64,000 nt of DNA from Terriglobia bacterium (lineage in GTDB: Bacteria > Acidobacteriota > Terriglobia > 20CM-2-55-15). The position numbers were made by a program, and so were the translations under genes. Below, piece by piece: positions 22,409 through 33,164 of this stretch (its first letter is position 1; each line of letters begins with the position of its first letter). The notes beneath the pieces are model-generated. The model ran no database searches. It was not told the origin of the DNA and saw only the letters and a list, made by a program, of their open reading frames with translations. The stretch spans positions 672,001 through 736,000 of the forward strand of contig CBDAOY010000008.1 in assembly GCA_965198225.1 (NCBI GenBank), read 5' to 3'.

Positions 22409-23295
22409 GACAACGACGGCCATGGATCGAATCAAGCCACAAGAAACTGAGCATCGCCGAGCAGTGCCGGTTGTCGGGAGTGTCCCGGTCGGGACTCTAC
22501 TACACGCCTGTTGGCGAGAGCACCGAGAACATGGAGTTGATGCGTCTGTTGGACGAGCAGTACACACGGACGCCGTTCTACGGCGTGCGGCGGATGACTC
22601 ACTGGCTGGAGAAGCAAGGTCACCGGGTCAATGCGAAACGAGTACGTCGACTCATACGGCAGATGGGACTGGAAGCGATCTATCCCAAACCGCGGTTGTC
22701 GACGCCGGCACCGGGACATCGGATCTATCCGTACCAGCTACGGGGGCTGAGGATCGATCGCCCAGACATGGTGTGGGCCACCGATATCACGTATATCCGT
22801 CTGCGGCAGGGGTTTATCTATCTGGTGGCGATCATGGACTGGTACAGCCGGTATGTGCTGGCCTGGGAAGTTTCAGTATCGATGGACAGCGCTTTCTGCG
22901 TGTCGGCATTGGACTGGGCCCTGAGGCATGCGCAACCGGAGATCTTCAACTCGGATCAGGGTTCTCAGTTCACCAGCGATGCGTTTACGAGCCGACTCGA
23001 AGGCGAGGGCATCCGGATCAGCATGGACGGCCGGGGCCGGTTCCTGGACAACATTTTCGTCGAACGTCTATGGCGAACGGTGAAGTACGAGGAAGTGTAC
23101 CTGAAGGACTACATGAGCGTTCCCGAGGCGGTCTCGAACCTGACTGTCTATTTCAGATTTTACAATCAGGAACGCGGTCATCAGGTATTCGACTACCAGA
23201 CACCCGAGGCGATGTACTTTCAAAGTGCGAGGAGCACGGCATCGGTCAAGAAAGCCGCCATACTCCAGGTTGCCCCAGACGGCGAACGCCGTTGA
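22375..23295 (+). CDS. IS3 transposase OrfB (DDE), fused to OrfA by a -1 frameshift
   Basis: WATDITY, FNSDQGSQF, DNIFVERLWRTVKYE. Confidence 0.95.
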   Translation: MVEKKARTFTLGQRRPWIESSHKKLSIAEQCRLSGVSRSGLYYTPVGESTENMELMRLLDEQYTRTPFYGVRRMTHWLEKQGHRVNAKRVRRLIRQMGLEAIYPKPRLSTPAPGHRIYPYQLRGLRIDRPDMVWATDITYIRLRQGFIYLVAIMDWYSRYVLAWEVSVSMDSAFCVSALDWALRHAQPEIFNSDQGSQFTSDAFTSRLEGEGIRISMDGRGRFLDNIFVERLWRTVKYEEVYLKDYMSVPEAVSNLTVYFRFYNQERGHQVFDYQTPEAMYFQSARSTASVKKAAILQVAPDGERR

Positions 23296-23700
23296 CAAGC
23301 GATCCTGGCGCGATCTTTTCTCTGGAAATGTTTATCGGTGGCAAAAAGAAAGAAAAAAGAACCAAAAAAGAAAGAAAGCTGCAGCATGTGGAAACTGCCG
23401 CCGCTGATGGAAATCCTCAAAAAGGATTTCCACAACGGCTTGAAAACAGCCTCGGAGACTCGGCTTTTTCACAATTACCACAGGCTCGGCGACGGGTAAA
23501 ATATCAACCCATTTCAACGGCAGCGATCCACCTTAAGATCCGGGATTTTCTGTCCGAAGAATGGGGAGCCCCTCACGGCACCAAAGCGAAAATCGGGGAG
23601 ATGACCACCACCCACACTTTCCAAGAGCCCTCGCCAGCGGAAAGGCCGCGGTCACAGAAGGGTGCCCCAAGAATCCGAATAGATATACGAATATAAGTGT

Positions 23701-23722
23701 ATTAAATCATATTAAATCATAT
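23701..23722. promoter_or_regulatory. Tandem direct repeat, putative operator of the mod regulator
   Basis: ATTAAATCAT-ATTAAATCAT-AT just upstream of the HTH-TOBE gene. Confidence 0.55.
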
Positions 23723-23731
23723 AATTGCGGT

Positions 23732-24136
23732 GTGGAATTACTCAAACCGGTCGACGCTGCGCGCGAACTGGGAATCAGCTACCCGACACTCAAGCAATGG
23801 ATCTACCGAGGGAAAGTCGAGTCGATCAAGACGCTTGGGGGGCATCATCGCATTCCCCGCAGCGAGGTCGACCGTCTCGCGAATGAAGGGCGTTCCAGTC
23901 GTCCGCGTCGCGGGAGCTCTGCCAGGCTGCCGGCAATCAGCGGGCGCAACCGGTTGCGAGGCCGGGTGACCGACGTGCGGTTCGAGGGTCTCCTGGCGCA
24001 GGTTCAGATCGACATCGGCGACCACACAGTCACTTCGATCATCACGAAAGGCGCAGCCGAAGATCTCGGGTTGCGACCCGGCGTCGACGCCGCGGCCCTG
24101 ATCAAAGCGACCGAGGTGATGGTGATCCGGGAATAG
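23732..24136 (+). CDS. Molybdate-responsive regulator: excisionase-type HTH + TOBE
   Basis: AARELGISYPTLKQWI..TLGGHHRI plus ISGRNRLRG..IKATEVM; heads modABC. Confidence 0.9.
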   Translation: MELLKPVDAARELGISYPTLKQWIYRGKVESIKTLGGHHRIPRSEVDRLANEGRSSRPRRGSSARLPAISGRNRLRGRVTDVRFEGLLAQVQIDIGDHTVTSIITKGAAEDLGLRPGVDAAALIKATEVMVIRE

Positions 24137-24144
24137 GCGGCCGC

Positions 24145-24930
24145 ATGAGATTGAGATACCCGCTCTGGTTGGTGCTGGTTCTGGTTCTCGCCCAGCAGGC
24201 TTTCGCGCAAGAAGTCTTTGTTGCGGCCGCATCCAACCTGAACTACGTGGTCCGCGACATCATCGAAGAATTCGAAGCCGAGACATCGTACCGAGTGCGC
24301 CTGTCTCTGGGCTCATCGGGCAATTTTTTCACGCAGATCCAGAACGGCGCTCCTTTCGATGTGTTCCTTTCTGCCGACGTGGATTATCCGAAACAGCTCG
24401 AAGAGGTCGGGGTTGCCGAACCGGGCTCCTTCTTCGTCTACGCCCTTGGACGCCTCGTGGTTTGGACCCGGAACCCTTTGACGCTCGATCCGGAAGAACC
24501 CTGGTTGCGGGCGCTCCGAACAAGCTCCGGCCGGATCGCGATCGCAAATCCGCGGCACGCACCCTACGGGCGAGCCGCGACGGCGGCCCTGGAACGGGCC
24601 GGCGTGCGGGCCCAGATGGCCAATCGTATCGTGCTGGGCGAGAACGTGTCGCAGGCCGCGCAATTCGTCCAGTCCGGGGCAGCTGAACTCGGCATCATTC
24701 CTTTGTCCCTGGCCCTTTCATCGCCGATGCAGACGACGGGTAGGTACTGGGAATTGCCGCCTGACGCCTACCCGCCGATCGAGCAGGGCGCGGTTGTCCT
24801 CCGGCGTGCCCGAGAGGCGCGACGCCTCCCCGCAGCGGAAGCGTTTGCGACATGGATTCGAGTGGAGCGGGGGAGGACGATACTTGCGGAGTGGGGCTTC
24901 TCACTCCCCCCGCGCGAAGGCGCACCGTGA
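24145..24930 (+). CDS. modA: Molybdate ABC transporter substrate-binding protein
   Basis: VAAASNL, GSSG, GAPFDVFLSA, IANPRHAPYG, GENVSQA. Confidence 0.95.
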   Translation: MRLRYPLWLVLVLVLAQQAFAQEVFVAAASNLNYVVRDIIEEFEAETSYRVRLSLGSSGNFFTQIQNGAPFDVFLSADVDYPKQLEEVGVAEPGSFFVYALGRLVVWTRNPLTLDPEEPWLRALRTSSGRIAIANPRHAPYGRAATAALERAGVRAQMANRIVLGENVSQAAQFVQSGAAELGIIPLSLALSSPMQTTGRYWELPPDAYPPIEQGAVVLRRAREARRLPAAEAFATWIRVERGRTILAEWGFSLPPREGAP

Positions 24931-25598
24931 ACTGGACGGCCCTGTCGACGACATTCCAGCTAGCGGCGATCACGTCGGTGATACTGCTTGCGGTTGGGAT
25001 ACCGATCGCCTACTGGCTGACCTATTCGTCGTGGCGCTGGAAGTTCCTCGTCGAGGCAGTCGTCGCACTTCCGCTGGTTCTGCCGCCAACGGTACTCGGC
25101 TTCTATGTCCTCGTAGCGATGGGGCCGAGAAGCCCGCTCGGCCGGTGGTATGAAGCGCTCATCGGTCACCCACTTCCGTTTACTTTCGAAGGTCTCGTCC
25201 TCGCATCGACCCTCTACAGCTTCCCTTTTGCAGTGCAGCCGATGGTGGCGGCGTTTGCCAGGGTCGACCGAAAGTACCTGGAGGCCTCGTGGTTGCTGGG
25301 GGTGTCCCGTGTGGGGACGTTTTTTCGCGTCGTCGTACCGCAAAGTGTCGTCGGCCTCGTCACTGCTTTCGTCCTGAGTTTTGCCCACACACTGGGTGAG
25401 TTCGGCGTCGTGCTGATGGTCGGGGGCAACATTGAGGGCGTCACGCGAACGGTTTCGATCGACATTTACGACGAGGTCCAGGCGCTGAACTACGCCGGGG
25501 CCAACCAGACGGCGTTGGTCCTGTTGCTGTTTTCGTTTGTCGTGCTTGCGATCGTCTATGGGTTCAATCGGAGAGTATGGTTGGCATGGCCGCACTAG
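24927..25598 (+). CDS. modB: Molybdate ABC transporter permease
   Basis: LPLVLPPTVLGFY, FAHTLGEFG. Confidence 0.95.
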   Translation: MNWTALSTTFQLAAITSVILLAVGIPIAYWLTYSSWRWKFLVEAVVALPLVLPPTVLGFYVLVAMGPRSPLGRWYEALIGHPLPFTFEGLVLASTLYSFPFAVQPMVAAFARVDRKYLEASWLLGVSRVGTFFRVVVPQSVVGLVTAFVLSFAHTLGEFGVVLMVGGNIEGVTRTVSIDIYDEVQALNYAGANQTALVLLLFSFVVLAIVYGFNRRVWLAWPH

Positions 25599-26734
25599 CG
25601 CCCGTACGCGGAGTCGCCCTATCGGTCGACATCGAGAAACGGTACCCCGGTGGTGAAAAGATCCGTGCATCGTTCACGGTCCCGGGCGATCCGCCCCGCG
25701 TGTCAATCCTGTTCGGTCCCTCCGGAGCCGGGAAAACGACCATCTTGCGGTGCCTGGCAGGGTTGGAGCCGATAACCCGGGGTCGCATTCGTCACGGCGA
25801 CGAAACGTGGGCCGACCCGGAGACGGGTGTCTTGCTTCCTCCCCAGAAACGATCCGTCGGGTACCTGTTCCAGGACTATGCCCTCTTTCCGCACCTCGAC
25901 GTGGGTCGAAACATCGGATACGGTCTCGGGGGGCTGGGGCGCGCCGAACGGGCGGCCCGGGTCGAAGCGGCCTGTTCGATGCTCAGTCTCGACGACCTGG
26001 TTGACCGGAAGCCCGATCAGCTGTCGGGCGGACAGCAACAGAGGGTCGCGCTGGCTCGCGTCCTGGTTCGGCAGCCCGACTTGCTCCTGCTGGACGAGCC
26101 CTTTTCTTCTCTCGATGCGGCGACGCGCGAGGAAGTGCGGTCCGAGCTGGCTCAACTACTCCGGCGGCTCTCGATTCCGGCTCTTGTGGTCACGCATGAT
26201 TGGGTGGACGCGCTAACGCTCGGTGACGAGATGATCGTGCTCGGCGAGGGGCGGATTCTGCAGGTCGGTTCGCCGCGTGAAGTCCTTACGAAGCCCCGTC
26301 ACCGGGAGGTTGCCGCAGCTGTCGGAGTGGAGACAGTCGCCCTCGGCCAAGTTCTCGAGAGGGGAGCCGGAGTTGTGACTCTCGAGGTCGGCGCCAGCCG
26401 CCTCGTCGCGGTGGATCCTGGTGGGGAGGAGCGGGCTTTCTATGTCTGCATCCGGGGTGAGGACGTGACGCTCGAGCGCGGACGATCGTCCCAGAGCAGC
26501 GCGCGCAATCATCTCGCCGGTCGAGTTACCGAGGTCGTCCCGACCGGCGTCCTCACCAAAGTCTTCCTCGATGTCGGGTTCGAGCTCGTTGCGCTCGTCA
26601 CGCGCCAGGCGGCCGATGACCTCCAGCTATCGCGCGGAATCGAAGTCTGGGCTGCCTTCAAGGCTTCGAACGTTCACTTGATTGGCCGTCAACAGTCGGC
26701 TCTCAGCTCAGAAAGCCGGCAACCAACAGGCTGA
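25586..26734 (+). CDS. modC: Molybdate ABC transporter ATP-binding protein with TOBE
   Basis: GPSGAGKTT, FQDYALFPH, LSGGQQQR, LLLDEP, SSARN. Confidence 0.93.
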   Translation: MAALAPVRGVALSVDIEKRYPGGEKIRASFTVPGDPPRVSILFGPSGAGKTTILRCLAGLEPITRGRIRHGDETWADPETGVLLPPQKRSVGYLFQDYALFPHLDVGRNIGYGLGGLGRAERAARVEAACSMLSLDDLVDRKPDQLSGGQQQRVALARVLVRQPDLLLLDEPFSSLDAATREEVRSELAQLLRRLSIPALVVTHDWVDALTLGDEMIVLGEGRILQVGSPREVLTKPRHREVAAAVGVETVALGQVLERGAGVVTLEVGASRLVAVDPGGEERAFYVCIRGEDVTLERGRSSQSSARNHLAGRVTEVVPTGVLTKVFLDVGFELVALVTRQAADDLQLSRGIEVWAAFKASNVHLIGRQQSALSSESRQPTG

Positions 26735-26919
26735 ACGCCGACCCGGGAGGCCGGGGGGCCGAATCGTTGCATCGGAACCGCCTTCATGACAGACTGACTT
26801 CGAACGTCGCAAGAGGCGATCTGGGGTGTGGGGGTTTTGCCTTCCTTGCAGTTGAATCGGGGTCCAGGGACGGTCCCAGGTTCCGATCCTCTCAGCACAC
26901 GTTCTTCTGAATCGAGAAG

Positions 26920-29615
26920 ATGAGCATCACGAAGAAGATCGGGACGCTCCTGTCCCTGATGACCCTTGCCGCGCTGGTTGGTCTATTCAGCATCAGTCTG
27001 TTTCTCTTCCGATCGGCCAATGACGCCGTCCTGCTCGTTTCCAGCATGATGGAGATGAACCTGGCCGGTCGCGTCCACCTCGAGACGGCCCGAGTGGCAC
27101 TCGGCCGTGAGGGAGCTCGCCCGCAACTGGAACAATTGGTGGCGGCCTTCGATCTGTTCACGTCCGTCGAACCCGATGTCGGAGCCGAAGGCGAAGGTGC
27201 GCCTTCAATCGACGCGATCATCGACGCGCTGCTCGTGCTTCCGGCACAAGATACGGCGCGAATTCAGGACGCGGCCCGGATGATCGGCACCGGCCTGGCG
27301 GGGCTGCCGGACGAACTTCGAGACGAGTTCGAGGACGTGCGTTCGGAGTGGAGCCGCGTCCGGCCTTTCATCTTCATCATCAAGGACAAACAGAGCGCCC
27401 CACCCGAGTTGGAAGCCGCCGCGTTCGAGGTGGAGGCTCGAATCGAAGGTCTTGTCGGGTCGGTGGCACGCCTCCAGAGCGCTCTCGGGTCACGGCTGCG
27501 GGCTCATCGGTCACGCCTGTCCGGGGCGATAGGTGGAGTGGTAGCCGCATCCCTGATGCTCCTCGGCGTGGGCCTGTGGTCCACGCGCCGCTACATCGCC
27601 CGTCCGGCACGGTTGCTCGAGGAGGCCTCCCGAAGAGTCAGCACGGGCGATTTCTCCCACCGGGTGCCTCTGGCCAGTCGGGACGAGTTGGCCAGCTTGT
27701 CGGGTGCGTTCAACACGATGTCGGAACGGCTCGAGGACCTGGTTCATTCCCTCGAGACCGAGCGTCACTACAACGCCCAGATCGTCGAGTCGATCCCATC
27801 GGCTTTGTTCGTGCTGGGTGAGGATTCTCGCGTCCAGTCCGTCAATCGTGCGGCGATTGAACGGTTCGATCTTTCAGAGGAGACGGTCGTCGGTCGGAGG
27901 CTGGAGGATCTCCTTCCAGTCCCCGGGCTCAGCGGAGAGATCGAACAGGTTCGGAGCAGCGGTCGTTCGCTCGAAGGGCGCCTGCTCGAGCTGCCAGGAT
28001 CGGAGGGAGCCCGGCCGCTGAGGGTGTCGATCCGACCCCTCGAAGAAGACGGCAGTCGCCTACTGGTAGTCGTCGAAGACTTGACCGAGTTGGACCAGTT
28101 GAAGTCCGCCGCCGAGCGTAATGAGCGCCGGTACCGGCAGTTATTCGACAACGCCAATGACCTGGTCTGCACGGCCGACCTGACGGGCCGGTTTACCTCG
28201 GTCAACAGCGCTGCGGAGAGAATCTCGGGCTTCGCCCGGAAAGAGGCGCTCAACATGCGCCTGCACGATCTCGTCGCACCCGAATACCTGGATGTGCTCG
28301 ATCGCATGATGACGTTGAAGCTGGACGGGAAACCTCAGACCGTCTACGAGATCGAGATAATTTCCAAGGACGGTCAACGAGTTCCGCTCGAGCTGAGCAC
28401 GCGGCTCACGTTTGAAAACGGAAAGCCCATCGGGGTCGAGGGTATCGCCCGCGATGCATCGGAGCGCCGCCGCCTGGAGGAACAGCTCTGGCTGGCCCAG
28501 AAGATGGATGCGGTCGGACGCCTGGCCGGCGGGATCGCCCACGATTTCGGCAATGTCCTGACAATCGTGACCGGCTACTGTGCGCTTCTTCTCGACACCC
28601 TGGCCCCAGGCGATCCAGTTCGTGAGCAAGTCGAAGGCATCAAGAAAGCGACCGACCGGGGAGCCTCGCTGACGAATCAATTGCTCAGCTTCAGCCCCAG
28701 TTCGTCCAGCGAAAGCTGATGCCGCTCAACGCCGCCGTGAGCGAGCAGGCGGACCTGCTCTGGCGAGTGCTGGGTGACCAAATCGAACTGGCTACGATCC
28801 TGAGCCCGAAGGTCGGGCTGGTCCAGACCGACCCGGGACAGCTGGGGCAGGTGGTGATGAACCTTGCCCTGAATGCCCGCGACGCGATGCCGGAAGGCGG
28901 CCAACTGGCCCTCGCCACTGGCCATGTATCCGTCGACGAAAGCTCCAGCGCGCAGCACGGAGGCCTGGACCCCGGGCGTTATTTCACCCTCGAAGTACGG
29001 GACACCGGAAAGGGGATGGGCCCGGAAGTCCTCCGCCAGATCTTCGAGCCCTTCTATTCGACCAAGAGCAGCGGAACCGGTCTGGGCCTGTCGACTGTCT
29101 ACGGCATCGTCAAGCAGAGTGGGGGAACGGTTATCGTCGACAGCGAACTCGACCCGGGGACGCGGGTTCGAGTGTACCTGCCCCACGCCGGCGAAATGGA
29201 CGTCACCGAGTCGATCCCAGCCAGGCCGGAGGAACTCCGGCGTCCGGAATCGGCGACGGTCCTGCTGGTCGACGACGAAGATGCCGTCCGTCGGCTGGTG
29301 GCCCGGATGATTCGCAGCTTGGGTTACGAGGTGATCGAGGCCCGGGACCAGGCCGAAGCGATCGGAATCTCAGGGGAACACGAGGGTTCCATCGACATGC
29401 TGCTGACCGACGTGGTGATGCCGGAAATGAGCGGCCCTGAGCTTGCCGAGCAGGTCCGATCGATTCGGCCCGACATCAAAGTCGTTTTCATGTCGGGATA
29501 CACGGGCGGCGCGCTTAACTACCACGTGGGGAACAGGGGAGAGATTCATTTCCTCCAGAAGCCGTTCTCGTCGGAATCGATGGCATCCAAAATCCGTGAG
29601 GTCCTCGAAGGCTGA
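26920..29615 (+). pseudogene. Hybrid sensor kinase (TM-HAMP-PAS-PAS-HisKA-HATPase-REC), frameshifted near 28696
   Basis: ORF 26920-28719 holds the H-box AGGIAHDFGN; ORF 28719-29615 holds NARDAM, DTGKGM, GTGLGL and a receiver; the usual LLSFSRRQ linker is broken. Confidence 0.8.
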
Positions 29616-29616
29616 G

Positions 29617-30030
29617 TCAAGCGTTCCGGGGGGCCGCGTCCAGCACCTGCCGCAGGCCCTCTTTATTGATGTCCCAGTAGAGCCTGTCGAGCGCCTCGGC
29701 CTCCTGCATCCAGGCGTACTCCACGTGTTCCGCAGAAAGGCGAATCGGAAGTTCTCCGGCGAGCTCCATTCCGATCACCCGTTCGACGACATCCTGTCCA
29801 TTCTTCCTGAACCGGAACTCGAGGTCCGTCTCAATGACGCGGACGACCCCGTCGATGCCGGTCTCTTCCATTAGTTCTCGGCGGGCGCCTTCGGCAAAAC
29901 CGGGATCCGTGGGCTCCAGCTTGCCGGTGACCGGCTGCCAGACGTGACCGCGCTCCGGACCCCGCCGCAGCAGCAGTACCGCCACCTCCGGCGCTCGGGT
30001 GTAAACAATGACCTGGACTTTGCGTATCAT
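29617..30030 (-). CDS. NUDIX hydrolase (NudB-like)
   Basis: WQPVTGK...ARRELMEETG, LSAEHVEYAW. Confidence 0.88.
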   Translation of the reverse strand: MIRKVQVIVYTRAPEVAVLLLRRGPERGHVWQPVTGKLEPTDPGFAEGARRELMEETGIDGVVRVIETDLEFRFRKNGQDVVERVIGMELAGELPIRLSAEHVEYAWMQEAEALDRLYWDINKEGLRQVLDAAPRNA

Positions 30031-30100
30031 CTTCAAAGGGCGCCGCAGCATTTTACATCGACCGATTTTTCAAACAGCTGCAATGGGGGTGTCGAAAGCC

Positions 30101-30523
30101 GTGATTGAGGTGAACGAACGCGTTTCGATCCCGGAGGGTGAGATCGAATTCCGCGTGTCTTCAAGCAGCGGTCCCGGCGGCCAGAACGTCAACCGGGTTC
30201 GGACACGTGTGACGCTCCTGTTCGATGTGAGCGGCTCGGCGAGCCTGACCGACGCCGACCGTCAGCGGATCCTCGTCCGGCTGAAGACCCGAATCAACAA
30301 GGATGGCGTGCTGCAGGTCAGCTCTCAGAAGCACCGGACACAGGATCAGAACCGGACTGCGGCCGAGCAGCGGCTCGGCGAGTTGCTGCGCGAGGCCCTG
30401 GCCAGAAGGCGGTCTCGTCGCCCGACGACGGTCCCGTCCGCGTCGAAGCGGCGGCGGATGGAGGAGAAGAAGCGGCGGTCGCGCTTGAAACATGTGCGCT
30501 CGGCACCGGTTGAGGATGAATGA
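30101..30523 (+). CDS. arfB: Alternative ribosome rescue peptidyl-tRNA hydrolase
   Basis: SSGPGGQNVN, RTQDQNR, basic C-terminal tail. Confidence 0.93.
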   Translation: MIEVNERVSIPEGEIEFRVSSSSGPGGQNVNRVRTRVTLLFDVSGSASLTDADRQRILVRLKTRINKDGVLQVSSQKHRTQDQNRTAAEQRLGELLREALARRRSRRPTTVPSASKRRRMEEKKRRSRLKHVRSAPVEDE

Positions 30524-31157
30524 AGGCGACGTGAAACCGACCAGTGAAACCACCCGATTGCGGGCGCTTCTCTCATCGGCTGCCCGGGCGATCGAGTCGC
30601 GGCCCGGCGACTACCTCGTCGTCGGGATCGGCGGGGGGTCCTGCTCGGGCAAAAGCACTGTGGCGACGGCGCTGATCGAGCATCTCGAGGAAGGTGCGGT
30701 CCTCTTGATGGACGACTACTACCGATCTCGAGCCTTGAGCGCCGAGCGATTCGACTTCAATTTCGACGAACCCGGCGCTCTGGACCTGGATCTTCTCTGC
30801 TCACACCTGGAGGCCATCGGTGGTGGGGGGACGGTTCGCAAGCCCACCTATGACTTCAAGACGCATCGTCGGAAGGAATTCGAAATGTTCCAACCCTCCA
30901 GGGTGACCATCCTGGAGGGGCTGTTTGCTTTGCACGAGAACGTATGCGAACACCTGGACTTTGGGATTTTTGTCGATTGCTCCGATGGGGAACGGCTGAG
31001 ACGCCGGATCGTACGAGATTCGCGGGAACGGGGCCGGTCGCGAGCGAGTATAGTGCACCAGTACGACATGACCGTCCGGCCGATGCATGAGCTCCACGTG
31101 GAGGTCTCGCGGACGAGGGCGCACCTGATCGTCCTGAACGAGCATGCCCGAGACTAA
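30516..31157 (+). CDS. udk: Uridine kinase
   Basis: GIGGGSCSGKST, DDYY, NFDEP, EGLF, RRIVRDSRERGR. Confidence 0.85.
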   Translation: MNEGDVKPTSETTRLRALLSSAARAIESRPGDYLVVGIGGGSCSGKSTVATALIEHLEEGAVLLMDDYYRSRALSAERFDFNFDEPGALDLDLLCSHLEAIGGGGTVRKPTYDFKTHRRKEFEMFQPSRVTILEGLFALHENVCEHLDFGIFVDCSDGERLRRRIVRDSRERGRSRASIVHQYDMTVRPMHELHVEVSRTRAHLIVLNEHARD

Positions 31158-31174
31158 ACTCAATGGGAGGGTCC

Positions 31175-31933
31175 ATGGTCGAAGTAGAAACTCGTGAAGA
31201 CATCGCTCTGCTCCGTCTGGCTCACGGCAAGGTCAGCGCGTTCGACCTGGAGCTGCTCGAGCGGATAGCGGAGGAACTCGACAATATCGAGGCATCCACC
31301 TCCCGGGCCGTCGTCATCACGGGCACCGGCGGGACCTTTTCGGCCGGTGTCGACCTGTTTCGTGTCCTCGACGGTGGCGAACCCTACCTGAAGCAGTTCC
31401 TTCCGGCTCTGACCCGGGCTTTAGTCAAGCTGTATACGTTTCCCAGGCCGGTAGTCGCGGCTATCAACGGCCACGCCATCGCGGGGGGCTGCGTGCTGGC
31501 CTGCGCCTGCGACTATCGTGTGATGTCGATCGGGCGGGGGACGATTGGAGTCCCGGAACTGGTCGTTGGCGTCCCGTTTCCCCTGATTGCGCTGGAGATT
31601 CTCCGCGACGTCCTGCCCGACCGCCACCTGCAGGAAGTGATCTACACGGGGAATATCTATCCGGTCGAAAAGTCTCGCGAGCGAGGCCTTGTCGATGAGC
31701 TCGTCGACCCGACGAAGCTGATCGATCACGCATCCGAGCTCGCGAAGCGCTTCGCCGACATCCCGGCTGAATCCTTCCGCCTGACGAAGCGGCAGCTCCG
31801 CCGCCACGCGATGGAACGTTGGGAAAGAGAAGGCGAGCGGGTCGACCGGGAAGTTCTGGCAGCCTGGGCCAGCCCGGCGGTTCAGGACGTGATTCGGGCT
31901 TACCTGGAGAGGACGCTCGGACGGAGCAAGTAG
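31175..31933 (+). CDS. Enoyl-CoA hydratase/isomerase family protein
   Basis: FSAGVDL, PVVAAINGHAIAGG, CDYRV. Confidence 0.92.
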   Translation: MVEVETREDIALLRLAHGKVSAFDLELLERIAEELDNIEASTSRAVVITGTGGTFSAGVDLFRVLDGGEPYLKQFLPALTRALVKLYTFPRPVVAAINGHAIAGGCVLACACDYRVMSIGRGTIGVPELVVGVPFPLIALEILRDVLPDRHLQEVIYTGNIYPVEKSRERGLVDELVDPTKLIDHASELAKRFADIPAESFRLTKRQLRRHAMERWEREGERVDREVLAAWASPAVQDVIRAYLERTLGRSK

Positions 31934-31968
31934 CGTCATCGCCGGGGTAAAAGAGCGACAACTAATCC

Positions 31969-33060
31969 ATGGAAGCCCTCATAAAGGCCTGGAGCGGCGA
32001 AGAAATCCTGATCCGCCACGACCAGCCGACTGGCGCCTGGTTCGTCATCGCGATCCACTCGACCCGACTCGGCCCCGCAACGGGCGGGACCAGGATGAAG
32101 CATTACCCGGACCTCGACGCCGCGATCTCGGACGCAATGCGCCTGGCTCGAGGCATGACGTACAAGTTCGCCGTGACTGAATGGTCGCGCGGCGGCGGTA
32201 AAGCGGTAATCGCGCTGCCCGAGCCCTTCGACGCTACGCTTCGCGTCGACATGCTTCGTAGATACGGCCGGTTGATCTACCAACTTGGTGGACTGTATGA
32301 GACCGGACCGGACGTGGGGACTTCTCCGGCCGACATGGATGTCATCGCGGAAACGGGAGCTCCCTACGTGTTCTGTCGCACGCCGGAGAGGGGCGGGGCC
32401 GGCGATTCGAGCCCCCCGACTGCTGCCGGGGTCCACAGCGGCATCCGCGTCGTCTGCGACCGTCTCTTTGGGACCAGGTCGCTGGAGGGTCGCCGGATTC
32501 TGGTCCAGGGGGCCGGCAGTGTTGGCTCGCGCCTGACGAACCTGCTCCTCGCCGATGGCGCCCAGGTCCTGCTCGCCGAGGTCGATTCCACCCGGGCCGC
32601 GCCTCTCGTGAATCTTCCGGGAGTCACGCCAATCGATGCGGCTAAGGCGCTGGAGACGCCCTGCGACGTCTTCGCGCCGTGTGCTCTGGGCGGGGTTCTG
32701 AGCCCGTCGACGATCGAGGGTCTTAAATGCCGCGCCGTCGCCGGCGCGGCGAACAACCAGCTGGGGGAGTCCGACGACGCGAGCCGGCTCCGCGATCGCG
32801 GGATCCTGTATGCGCCCGACTACATCATCAACATCGGCGGAGCGCTGGCGATTCCCGGGATCGAGAAACTGGGCTGGTCGGCGGCCGAAGCCGAACGCCG
32901 GGTCCGCGAGACGGTCGAATCGACGCTGGTGCGCGTGTTCGACTTCGCGGAAGCGGAGGGCGTGACGACCGAGGAGGCGGCACGACGTATCGCGACGACC
33001 CGGCTCGATCAGGAGGGAGGCTCCCGTCCTCAAGAAGACGGTAACGAAATTGCTACATGA
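31969..33060 (+). CDS. Leu/Phe/Val dehydrogenase
   Basis: LGPATGGTR, GMTYK, GGGKAV, GAANNQL, YAPDYIINIGG. Confidence 0.93.
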   Translation: MEALIKAWSGEEILIRHDQPTGAWFVIAIHSTRLGPATGGTRMKHYPDLDAAISDAMRLARGMTYKFAVTEWSRGGGKAVIALPEPFDATLRVDMLRRYGRLIYQLGGLYETGPDVGTSPADMDVIAETGAPYVFCRTPERGGAGDSSPPTAAGVHSGIRVVCDRLFGTRSLEGRRILVQGAGSVGSRLTNLLLADGAQVLLAEVDSTRAAPLVNLPGVTPIDAAKALETPCDVFAPCALGGVLSPSTIEGLKCRAVAGAANNQLGESDDASRLRDRGILYAPDYIINIGGALAIPGIEKLGWSAAEAERRVRETVESTLVRVFDFAEAEGVTTEEAARRIATTRLDQEGGSRPQEDGNEIAT

Positions 33061-33164
33061 ATGGTCTGATGAGGAATGAAGGCCGGCTCGGAAATTGTTT
33101 TTAACCGTGCCGGCCGCCATGCCGATTCTCACAATAGAGGGATCGTGTGCATAGGAGTAGACGC

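Larger units (their letters stand above)
22051..23575 (+). mobile_element. Complete IS3-family insertion sequence (1525 bp)
   Basis: TG...CA ends; IRL TGAGGTGCTCCCCAAAATTCGGACAG, IRR (reverse complement) TGAGGGGCTCCCCATTCTTCGGACAG; 3-bp CGG target duplication. Confidence 0.95.

Noticed and set aside
22422-23696. 424-aa ORF overlapping IS3 orfB
   Set aside because: Alternative frame with no recognisable motif; extends beyond the IS end
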